Positions 8,426 to 16,063 of a stretch of 54,171 nt of DNA are shown here, piece by piece. The notes under the pieces were generated by a model. It was given only the letters and a program-made list of their open reading frames with translations, was not told the DNA's origin and made no database searches. Both the position numbers and the translations under genes were made by a program. Origin of the DNA: a virus. Its lineage: Duplodnaviria > Caudoviricetes. The DNA lies in the IMG/VR virus record IMGVR_UViG_3300008110_000118, positions 1 through 54,171 of that record; one strand, 5' to 3'. Position 1 is the first letter of the stretch. Every line of letters starts with the position of its first letter.

Positions 8426-8919
8426 ACAATGCGAGTCCCGAACTGTTGGATTTCTTTCTTGGTCAGACTACCAGAAAGGCGGGGATCTTTGTGCTTACCG
8501 TGAATCTTACGTTCCCAATCTTTCTTGAGTTTGGGAAGAAGAATCATAAGCACATCATCACCAGTGAGTTTCCATACTTCTGCTACTTTACCACCATCAT
8601 ATCGAGCAATGTAGTGGTTAGAGTATTTACCAAGTTTCTCTTCAATTAAATAACGTTCCTGCTCTTCCCAAGTATCCTGAACACTAATACCATTATACGT
8701 CCCATTGATAGAATTGGCAATCGTAGATTTATACTCACATTCACCATCTTCATCCACAGCATCAGCACCAGAATAAGTTTCTGCTACTTTATGACCAAGG
8801 ATACCAGCAAGATGAATCTCACGGGAACGAGCATAAGAGAATGGATCTCCCCAACCTTGCTCCTCACAAAGTTGATACATCTGCTCAAATAGTTCTTGAA
8901 ACTTTTGTTCAGGAGTCAT
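8422..8919 (-). CDS. PD-(D/E)xK endonuclease, PvuII-like
   Basis: GADAVDEDGECEYKS matches the PvuII catalytic stretch GNDAVDNAGQEYELKS (recalled from memory); C-terminal WERK..HKD...GTRIV also aligns; similar length; ATGA-coupled to the MTase. Confidence 0.7.
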   Translation of the reverse strand: MTPEQKFQELFEQMYQLCEEQGWGDPFSYARSREIHLAGILGHKVAETYSGADAVDEDGECEYKSTIANSINGTYNGISVQDTWEEQERYLIEEKLGKYSNHYIARYDGGKVAEVWKLTGDDVLMILLPKLKKDWERKIHGKHKDPRLSGSLTKKEIQQFGTRIV

Positions 8920-8925
8920 AAATTT

Positions 8926-9405
8926 TTACTTAGTTTGTGTTTGTGTAGGTACATTTGGATTATCAAATCCTTTCTTAATATCTACTCCCTTTACAAATCC
9001 AACTCCACCAAGAATAAGAGCAAGTGCTAAAGTAATTGCTGCTTTAGTATGTCCAGTATCAGAATCGTTATCAGCATATTCTTCCACTGTTTGCCCTGTT
9101 GCCAATTGTCCGATCCAAGTGCCAAATGCTCCACCAATTCCCATCAAAATCCAAGGAGTGAAAGACATAAATGCCCATCCAGCAGCAATCAATCCAATAA
9201 GAGCAACAGTTCCTCCACCATCAAAACTGCCTGAAGAAGCAGAAGAATTGTTATTACTTACTTGTCGAAGATTAACAATTTGTTGAACATTGCCATGTTT
9301 GGCATAAATTTGCTGTGTTGCTCCTTGAAAAGTTGATGCTTCAACTTCTGTAGTAATCCTACCGACTTGAGAATTAACAAATACGTCTGCTTTCCAGGTT
9401 GCCAT
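8926..9405 (-). CDS. membrane protein
   Basis: Soluble N-terminal domain, Ser/Gly linker and three hydrophobic segments. Confidence 0.75.
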   Translation of the reverse strand: MATWKADVFVNSQVGRITTEVEASTFQGATQQIYAKHGNVQQIVNLRQVSNNNSSASSGSFDGGGTVALIGLIAAGWAFMSFTPWILMGIGGAFGTWIGQLATGQTVEEYADNDSDTGHTKAAITLALALILGGVGFVKGVDIKKGFDNPNVPTQTQTK

Positions 9406-9409
9406 AAAA

Positions 9410-9823
9410 TTACTTATTCATTTGGAGCGTAGGCACAGGCATACCACCTTCGGTAGGAACATAAATGGTCACATTACCATTCTTGCTACCATCTTCAAGA
9501 CCAGTGATATACAGGTATTGGAGATACTCACGGTTGTCTTTCAGACTGTCACCAATAATCTGGTTTGCCTTGGCAACACCAGTAGCACGGATGATCTCAG
9601 CATCAGCAAGTTGTTGAGCACTATCTTTCTTTGCTTGTGCCTCAAGAACTGCTACTTGACGAGTATATTCTGCTTTTTGAAGTTCTGCTTTACCAGCAAG
9701 AGACTGCTGCCACACATTGTATTGGGGACCACCAATAAAGATGAGACCACCAATCACAATGGCAGCACCAATCATTACGACAGCGGCAGGTTCAAGAAAT
9801 CCGTTTTGTTTAGTCATCAGCAA
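9410..9823 (-). CDS. membrane-anchored coiled-coil protein (SPFH-tail-like)
   Basis: N-terminal TM, then Ala/Glu/Gln coiled coil, ANQIIGDSL...YLQYL and IYVPTE; likely start ATG at 9817. Confidence 0.7.
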   Translation of the reverse strand: MLMTKQNGFLEPAAVVMIGAAIVIGGLIFIGGPQYNVWQQSLAGKAELQKAEYTRQVAVLEAQAKKDSAQQLADAEIIRATGVAKANQIIGDSLKDNREYLQYLYITGLEDGSKNGNVTIYVPTEGGMPVPTLQMNK

Positions 9824-9959
9824 TCCTCCATTTTAAGAAAATCTGGATCTTTTTCCAGAGTAGATTTAAGCAGTTCATTCATAGTACGACGGGCACGATA
9901 GTTTTGGATAATATCCATTACACAATACCCAAAGGCAAATCCTGCCATCATTTTGACAA

Positions 9960-10151
9960 TCATTTAGAGGAACCTCCAGAGTTGTAAGTAATCATATTAG
10001 CAAGAAGGATAATCAAAAAGTTCTGCCAGAATGTCAGTGAGATACTAAACCAAGACAGAATGATTCCAAGAATCCATGCTTGGAAGAATAGTCCCGCCGT
10101 AGAAAGAACAATTACACCAAAAGCAACACCAAGAGCAGTAGAAGTTTTCAT
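9960..10151 (-). CDS. small membrane protein
   Basis: 63 aa, almost entirely hydrophobic. Confidence 0.65.
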   Translation of the reverse strand: MKTSTALGVAFGVIVLSTAGLFFQAWILGIILSWFSISLTFWQNFLIILLANMITYNSGGSSK

Positions 10152-10154
10152 AAG

Positions 10155-10406
10155 TCAGTTATCAAAACGTTGTTTCCAAAGATCATAAGATCGATTTTTC
10201 ATTTGATCAAGAAGATCATAACGCTTGCGAATTTCAGAATTTTCTGGAAAATCATAAACACAGGGAATTGCAAGATCCATCCCATCAATGGCATGATTCA
10301 GAATAGAATTAAAGAGATCGTGCTCTTCAAAAGTAAATTCCATTATGACCGATTGTTGATCACAATAGTTTTCTTCAGTCAATTCAGTGGTTTCCATAGT
10401 AATCAA
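10155..10406 (-). CDS. hypothetical protein
   Basis: 83-aa ORF in the operon string. Confidence 0.65.
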   Translation of the reverse strand: MITMETTELTEENYCDQQSVIMEFTFEEHDLFNSILNHAIDGMDLAIPCVYDFPENSEIRKRYDLLDQMKNRSYDLWKQRFDN

Positions 10407-10819
10407 ACGGCAAGAGCAGCAGAAGGAATTTCGACCAGTTCGGGAAGTTTGCTGTCATCGAACTGATGCATATTGTAGCACACCCATTCACCGTTGCGAA
10501 AGATGTAAGCAAACTCTTCGCTGTTGTCTGGAAGCAGATACTCACACAGATCAGCATCAAGGCGAGGAGGACAGTCTTCACCACGCTGAGAATAGTATTC
10601 GGGACCATAAACGCCCTTCACAGCACTATCATCCCAGCGGGAATCAGTCCAGCAAGAGGACATATCACCACCATCAATCAGTTCAGCAGCTTTGGCACGA
10701 GTGTTGTAATGAGTGTTGAGAATACGACCCAACCACTCGGGATAACCATCCCAGTGGTGATACACAGAGAGCACAGAACCGTTCTTGAGTTCGATACCGA
10801 TGCGAGCGCGGGTTCCCAT
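10403..10819 (-). CDS. conserved phage hypothetical protein (T-R-x-x-I...Y-x-H-W-D-G-Y-P family)
   Basis: MGTRARIG...SVYHHWDGYPEWLG and EEFAYIF...W motifs; start reassigned to ATG at 10819 because 10843 lies at the promoter. Confidence 0.8.
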   Translation of the reverse strand: MGTRARIGIELKNGSVLSVYHHWDGYPEWLGRILNTHYNTRAKAAELIDGGDMSSCWTDSRWDDSAVKGVYGPEYYSQRGEDCPPRLDADLCEYLLPDNSEEFAYIFRNGEWVCYNMHQFDDSKLPELVEIPSAALAV

Positions 10820-10845
10820 TGGGGGCGTTGGTTGATTACCCACAT

Positions 10846-10903
10846 ATTATAAGGGGCATCCCAGCGAACCAGGATGCCCCTTGTGACACTACTTAAATTG
10901 TCC
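10846..10903 (-). promoter_or_regulatory. early-type promoter element, copy 5
   Basis: TATAAT at 10846-10851; GTGACACTA-ctta-AATTGTCC at 10883-10903; perfect 11-bp stem AAGGGGCATCC/GGATGCCCCTT between them. Confidence 0.75.
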
Positions 10904-10905
10904 CA

Positions 10906-11145
10906 TCACTCACTCAGAGAACTTCCTCTCCAGTTCTTAGGTGGTGGCGGATCGCATTTTCCTTCCAATGACCTAACCATCAATTCTGCAAATTTTTCCA
11001 TTTTTTCTGCAGAGACTGTCTGAGGAGCATAGCTAATCGCTTCTTTCAGAGCAACCAATTCATTCCATTCTTCTGTGCTGAGATCCGTTGTAGATGTTTT
11101 GGGAAGAGTCATAATTTTTTTGCGATGGTGTTCAAATAATACCAT
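10906..11145 (-). CDS. hypothetical protein
   Basis: ORF containing EWNELVALKEAISYAP; start may be ATG at 11112. Confidence 0.65.
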   Translation of the reverse strand: MVLFEHHRKKIMTLPKTSTTDLSTEEWNELVALKEAISYAPQTVSAEKMEKFAELMVRSLEGKCDPPPPKNWRGSSLSE

Positions 11146-11760
11146 TCATATACACTACTATCTAGAAACTTAATGTTTTCTTTGGGATCACGTAACAATA
11201 CTTAATGATCATTGATCTCCGCACTTATGTTTTGAATATCTTTTGCTTTTTTTAAAAGATAATTTAAGTTGAAAATTAGTTCATCAAAATTGTCCTCAGT
11301 TTTACCAAGTAAAGATTCTTGAATTCTTTGAAATGCCGCTATCGTTTGAATGGTTAAATTTTCAGACATTGGATTATTTGAATTTGTCTCATTATAGTTA
11401 GCAATTCAAAGTATGTAGCATTTCAAGATTACTTACATAAATCCATCCAATCCGAAAATTGAAGGTCCAAAAGAACCATCATCATTTTTATTTTTAAACA
11501 TATTTTCAATTTTATCAGACATTGCATCAAGTGCAATAATACTTTCGATATTCAATATTATTTTATGTCTATTTTCAATTTTTTCAAGGGTGGAAATCCC
11601 TACTTTCTCTACTTAATTCTTCAAGACTATTCATAATTTCGTAGAGACAATTTGAAGTCTCTATGTTTTCTTCCTCCAACTTTTTGATTCTTTCTTTTAA
11701 GGATTCAATTTCATCAAGAAGTGATGGAATATTTTGTAGTTCTTCTGAAAATGACATTAT

Positions 11761-12075
11761 TTATCCGACGACCCTCCAACATACAACAGCGTTGCCCTTG
11801 CGCGTAGAAGCAATATGAGAGAAAGCGCCATAAGAAAGATCAATGTCAGCATGAGAAAATGGACCACGATCATTTATTCTTACAATTACTTGTTTGAGAT
11901 TATTTTGATTAGTCACCCGTATGCGTGTACCCATAGGTAGATAAGGATGAGCTGCAGTCCAACGATAAGCATCAAACCGCTCACCGTTCGCAGTAATTTT
12001 CCCATGAAATCCGTCTCCAATCCCATAGTATGTAGCAATGCCACAAGTCAATCCAGCAATCAAAGTTTCAATCAT
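11761..12075 (-). CDS. rlpA: RlpA-like lytic transglycosylase (double-psi beta-barrel)
   Basis: ATYYG..FHGKITANGERFD...TAAH..LP.GT...VTN...VIVRINDRGPF..IDLS signature. Confidence 0.92.
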   Translation of the reverse strand: MIETLIAGLTCGIATYYGIGDGFHGKITANGERFDAYRWTAAHPYLPMGTRIRVTNQNNLKQVIVRINDRGPFSHADIDLSYGAFSHIASTRKGNAVVCWRVVG

Positions 12076-12105
12076 TAAGTTTCAAATCCACAGTAATTGA
12101 TTCAT

Positions 12106-12249
12106 TCATTCAAATACAGCGTTCACAGAAATAACTTTTGCATTAGGATTTCTTGCAATAGCAACTTCTTTTGCTTCTTTGTAATCTCTTGCATAGACCT
12201 CTTCATAGAAGGTTTTGCCAGCGACGTAGAGTTGAACTTTACATTTCAT
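12106..12249 (-). CDS. small hypothetical protein (47 aa, not in ORF track)
   Basis: MKCKVQLYVAGKTFYEEVYARDYKEAKEVAIARNPNAKVISVNAVFE; TAATG coupling with the upstream gene. Confidence 0.6.
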   Translation of the reverse strand: MKCKVQLYVAGKTFYEEVYARDYKEAKEVAIARNPNAKVISVNAVFE

Positions 12250-12452
12250 TATTTTATGAAGTGAATTTTTTCTTTGGGTTTGTTGAGTTGATTTTTAATG
12301 AACTTGGTTGCGGATTCTAATGAATAAAATTTTATGACTTTTGGAAATACTTCCATTTCCATAAAATTTAACCATACAAAAAACCTTTTGTGTTGAGGGA
12401 AAAAACATACTTCTCCCGTCATATCAGTTTTTTCTACAATTCGGTATCTCAT
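12249..12452 (-). CDS. hypothetical protein (paralog of 1103-1321)
   Basis: YRI...PQHKRFFVWLN. Confidence 0.65.
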   Translation of the reverse strand: MRYRIVEKTDMTGEVCFFPQHKRFFVWLNFMEMEVFPKVIKFYSLESATKFIKNQLNKPKEKIHFIK

Positions 12453-12682
12453 TGTATTTTGTCTGATGGAGGATAATAGAGTCTGTGTATGGGTCTATCA
12501 TACTCTTCATCATTCCAATGTCGGATGACTCCAGCAACAATGAAACAATTTGTAATGAGATATGTAAGAAAAATAAAAGTTCTGATTAGAGCAACGGTGT
12601 CGGATTCTTTATCGCATTTAGATGCTTTTTCTCCAAGTGACTTTGCCCACCACCTCCACATAGTTTTATTTTTCTTTGTCAT
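12449..12682 (-). CDS. small membrane protein
   Basis: WRWWAKSLGEKA...D.VALIRT followed by a TM helix. Confidence 0.7.
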   Translation of the reverse strand: MTKKNKTMWRWWAKSLGEKASKCDKESDTVALIRTFIFLTYLITNCFIVAGVIRHWNDEEYDRPIHRLYYPPSDKIQ

Positions 12683-12725
12683 TTGAGGTTTTTTAGAACA
12701 CCGTGGAAATTTGCGTGACCATGAT

Positions 12726-12755
12726 AGAATATCCCACCAATAACCAAAATGTCAA
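12726..12755 (-). promoter_or_regulatory. sigma70-type promoter
   Basis: TTGACA-N18-TATTCT upstream of 12449-12682. Confidence 0.55.
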
Positions 12756-12799
12756 GCAATATAAGAACAACTAATAGTATAATATGTGGTTTATAACTA

Positions 12800-13066
12800 T
12801 TACTCATCTTCAACTTTTCTTGGTTTGGTTTTTGTTACAGAATAAGACCCTTTCTTTATTTTATATCTATCTAAGTATTTTTTTAGATGTTCTTCGCAAA
12901 CAAAGTAACAAACTTTTGGTTCTTTTCCTTCTTTATAAGAAAGTGTAATTGGAAAAAATTCGTGGAAAGGAGGAGTTTCTAAAGATACTGGTTCCTCCTT
13001 TTGTTTTCTTCGACTTTGAGGTTTAACTTTGACTGGTTTTTTCTTTTTCACTATGAATTTCAGCAA
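12800..13066 (-). CDS. basic hypothetical protein
   Basis: 88 aa, FPITL...CYF..EEHL.KY..RY. Confidence 0.65.
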   Translation of the reverse strand: MLKFIVKKKKPVKVKPQSRRKQKEEPVSLETPPFHEFFPITLSYKEGKEPKVCYFVCEEHLKKYLDRYKIKKGSYSVTKTKPRKVEDE

Positions 13067-13138
13067 GAAGTTTCAAAAGTTCTGGCGTTTCTTCCCATTC
13101 CCAAATTGTACCGTCTTTTTGAGTATAAGTGCGAGTTG

Positions 13139-13351
13139 TCATAATTTTCCTCCAACAGTTCCTTCGTATGATTTAGATTCGGACCATCCTTCTTGAATGC
13201 CCTTAAGATAAAACCTTGTTGCTTTTACACATTCCTCTTCGTTCAATGAAGTAACGAGTTTCTTCCCATCTTTATCTTCAGAATGAAAAGTTTCCCATTT
13301 TGCTTTAATTACTTGAAAGCAATCATCATACCATTTAATTTCTTGACTCAT
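13139..13351 (-). CDS. hypothetical protein
   Basis: 70 aa ending YEGTVGGKL. Confidence 0.7.
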   Translation of the reverse strand: MSQEIKWYDDCFQVIKAKWETFHSEDKDGKKLVTSLNEEECVKATRFYLKGIQEGWSESKSYEGTVGGKL

Positions 13352-13614
13352 CTGTTTCTAAAACTTTCAAGGTATTCATTCATTTGTTCCACATACTGAC
13401 TATGGTAAATCTTCAATACTGGAGTGTATCTCAGATGATGATTGCCAGTATATAACCAATGCCTCATCAGTTCAATGTCTCCACCGAACATCACGTATAG
13501 GTTATCATAGAATCTCAGAAATTGCAAATTATTTTCAATTCCTTGGTAACCGACAGAAAGATCTTGAGATGCTTTTTTTACCGCGTCAAGAACTAATTGT
13601 TCATTTAATTTCAT
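13348..13614 (-). CDS. Xre/MbcA/ParS antitoxin C-terminal-like (DUF2384-like) protein
   Basis: LYVMFGGDIELMRHWLYTGNHHLRYTP matches the FG....A..WL..PN..L...P pattern of this domain. Confidence 0.55.
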   Translation of the reverse strand: MKLNEQLVLDAVKKASQDLSVGYQGIENNLQFLRFYDNLYVMFGGDIELMRHWLYTGNHHLRYTPVLKIYHSQYVEQMNEYLESFRNR

Positions 13615-13849
13615 TTTTCCTGCGAAATTCTTCTTCTAATTCTTTTGCAATTTTATCGTATTTTCTATTCATCATAAAATTACTAATAGGGTTCTTCGGA
13701 TGCAGTCTAATCATCCAAAAAACCCTTTCTGTGTTTAGTTTTATTATTTTTGTAAGAAGTACAATATAATCTGCTACGTTAGCATCAAGAACTATCATTA
13801 CACCAATGATAGAAAATATCAAAAATAAAAGGTAATGATAGTTATTCAT
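13601..13849 (-). CDS. membrane-anchored hypothetical protein
   Basis: N-terminal TM, D.NVA, HP.NP motifs. Confidence 0.7.
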   Translation of the reverse strand: MNNYHYLLFLIFSIIGVMIVLDANVADYIVLLTKIIKLNTERVFWMIRLHPKNPISNFMMNRKYDKIAKELEEEFRRKNEIK

Positions 13850-14032
13850 TTTATTTTACTATGATTTTAAATTTAATTATAGCGAAGTTTTAGATCATTT
13901 AAGTATTCAATAAGACATTCTTTAATTTCATCTAACTCCGCTTCACACATAGACTCTTTTGCTTGTTCTCTAATATCTCTGTGTTTAATGTGAAGGTCTT
14001 CAAGCATTAGATCTATTGCTTGAATAACTTTT

Positions 14033-14236
14033 TTATTTTTTTCTGTCATTTTTGTCTGGCAGTATTTTTACTGGACAGGATGGAACCGCTTTTTGTAACT
14101 CATACACTATTTCATTCTGTTGCTGCGGCGACAGAAGTGCAATTCTCCTAAGTTTTGTTACAATTCCAATTACTTGGTTGCAAGTTAATATAGTAACCAA
14201 AAATACTGGCTCCATTGTGGTTTCCAGAACCTGCAC
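14033..14236 (-). CDS. hypothetical protein
   Basis: ORF with two Cys; likely start ATG at 14215. Confidence 0.6.
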   Translation of the reverse strand: MQVLETTMEPVFLVTILTCNQVIGIVTKLRRIALLSPQQQNEIVYELQKAVPSCPVKILPDKNDRKK

Positions 14237-14452
14237 TTATTTAGACTGATTTTTGAATCCGCTGGAAGATTTGTTTTGTTTGGGGTCTTCTACTGTAATA
14301 TAATTTAAATAATTTGTTTTTCTTACATTAGAAAACCAGAAATCTCTAGCATCCTCATAACAGTCAAATTGCTTAGACTTACCATTACAAAGATAAACTT
14401 TGTAAATATGTCTATCGTAGGGATCGTATGAGGTTTGCTTAAAAATTTCCAT
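14237..14452 (-). CDS. hypothetical protein
   Basis: 71 aa, PYDRH.Y motif; TAATG coupling. Confidence 0.7.
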   Translation of the reverse strand: MEIFKQTSYDPYDRHIYKVYLCNGKSKQFDCYEDARDFWFSNVRKTNYLNYITVEDPKQNKSSSGFKNQSK

Positions 14453-15474
14453 TACAGTTTAATCCAACGATTGTTTTCTAAAGTCCAATTGGTAACATCT
14501 GCAATTCGTTCTTTGACAGACTTGGCAGGTTCCCAACCAAGTTCTTTCATTTTACTGCCATCAAGAGCATAACGAAGATCATGACCAGGACGAGAAGAGT
14601 GAAAATCGATCAATTGATACTTGAGATCCTTTCCTTGTGCTGCTGCAATGATCTGAGCGAGTTCAAGATTATTCAGTTCTTCTGAACCTACAATATTAAA
14701 CTTAGGACACTTTGCATCTCCCCAGGTAGGTTCAAATGTATCCTCATAATTCAAAAGGAACAGAATTGCGCTAGAAACATCTTCAGCGTGAATATAATGC
14801 CGAGATCCAGGAATTGTACAAGTTTTATCGCTATGAATTGTAATCGTTTCACCGTCACGGATCTTGCGAATGCACATAGGAATGTATTTCTCTGGATGCT
14901 GACGCTCACCAAACACATTCATTGTATGAGTAATATAAACGGGAAGACCGTAAGTATTCTCATATGCTACTGCTAGTTCTTCACCACCCGCTTTACTTGC
15001 GCTGTAGGGATTAGTTGAGTTGTAACGATCATTCTCTTTATATTTGATTCCATCTGGAGCAGGACCAAACACTTCATCTGTGCTGAAATAAACGAATCGC
15101 TCAAGATTAGTTTGAGTCCGAGCAAATTCAAGAATATTGCACGTTCCTACTACGTTGTCAAGAACAAACTCCATAGGATACTCGATACTACGATCAACGT
15201 GAGACCCAGCAGCGAGATGGAGAATGTAATCAACTTGACCAATTTCAGAACGTACCAGAGGATTGAGTTCTGCCTTAAGATCATGATGAACGACTTTTAC
15301 ACGTTTCCGAACTTCAGGATCAAATGAAACTATAAGATCGTGAAGACGATTAAGATTTCCGCTATAATCCAAACGATCCAGAGTTGTTATTTGCCAATCT
15401 GTATGATTGAGAAGATACCCAATCATATGATGAGCAATAAAACCTGCGCCGCCTGTAATAAGAACTTTTTTCAT
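14452..15474 (-). CDS. rmlB: dTDP-glucose 4,6-dehydratase-like NAD-dependent epimerase/dehydratase
   Basis: GGAGFIA Rossmann motif, HLAAGSHVDRSI, STDEVFG, YSASK, RPGHDLRY. Confidence 0.9.
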   Translation of the reverse strand: MKKVLITGGAGFIAHHMIGYLLNHTDWQITTLDRLDYSGNLNRLHDLIVSFDPEVRKRVKVVHHDLKAELNPLVRSEIGQVDYILHLAAGSHVDRSIEYPMEFVLDNVVGTCNILEFARTQTNLERFVYFSTDEVFGPAPDGIKYKENDRYNSTNPYSASKAGGEELAVAYENTYGLPVYITHTMNVFGERQHPEKYIPMCIRKIRDGETITIHSDKTCTIPGSRHYIHAEDVSSAILFLLNYEDTFEPTWGDAKCPKFNIVGSEELNNLELAQIIAAAQGKDLKYQLIDFHSSRPGHDLRYALDGSKMKELGWEPAKSVKERIADVTNWTLENNRWIKL

Positions 15475-15478
15475 AAGA

Positions 15479-15691
15479 TTAAATTTGATCTAAACTTTCG
15501 ATTTGTGAAACTGGTACTTCATAAGAATCAATTCTATACCAATGCTCTTCATTTCGCAATCCCAAGTATTCAATATCTTCGCACTTATTTTCACGAAGAA
15601 ATGCTTGAAGTTGCAAATGCATAAGTTCAGATGAACTCACAGAATTCATTTTTCGATCTTCCAATGTTCGTTTCCTTGCTTTTGAATCCAA
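15479..15691 (-). CDS. hypothetical protein
   Basis: LMHLQLQAFLRE...IEYLG..HWYRI; probable start ATG at 15649. Confidence 0.6.
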   Translation of the reverse strand: MDSKARKRTLEDRKMNSVSSSELMHLQLQAFLRENKCEDIEYLGLRNEEHWYRIDSYEVPVSQIESLDQI

Positions 15692-15858
15692 AAACAGTAT
15701 TGGCGATTGAGAGAAACAAGAAACAGTTTATCATCAGTTTCCTGTTCAACTTCACAAGAATGAAAATTATCCATAATGTTAATGAATCGATTCTTTGCTT
15801 TTGAACTCAGAGGAGTTACGCTAACAAATTTCTTTTTCATTTTTGTTTGAATTAACAT
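15646..15858 (-). CDS. hypothetical protein
   Basis: VTPLSSKAKNRF.N.M motif; probable start ATG at 15840, downstream of promoter copy 6. Confidence 0.7.
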   Translation of the reverse strand: MLIQTKMKKKFVSVTPLSSKAKNRFINIMDNFHSCEVEQETDDKLFLVSLNRQYCFWIQKQGNEHWKIEK

Positions 15859-15862
15859 AGGT

Positions 15863-15919
15863 AGTCTAATGGGTTTGGGAGATTACTTGACAAAGACTGT
15901 GCCAGTTCCACAGGTGGAT
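15863..15919 (-). promoter_or_regulatory. early-type promoter element, copy 6
   Basis: TAGACT -10 at 15863-15868; GTGCCAGTT-ccac-AGGTGGAT at 15899-15919, at the same spacing as the other copies. Confidence 0.65.
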
Positions 15920-16063
15920 TCCCTGTGCTTTTTAATAAATGCAGTTGCCTGACGAACTGTGCTTACATCAGTCAATTGCTCACCATTGTAGATGATAACA
16001 AGTCGCTTTCCCCAAGGAACAACAGCATAATTATCATTCGTAATAAATCCTTCTTTCATAATT

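Noticed and set aside
8422-8919. Assigning the PvuII site CAGCTG as the endonuclease target
   Set aside because: PvuII recognition residues are not conserved, and CAGCTG occurs in the window (e.g. near 22733 and 48136); specificity cannot be read by eye
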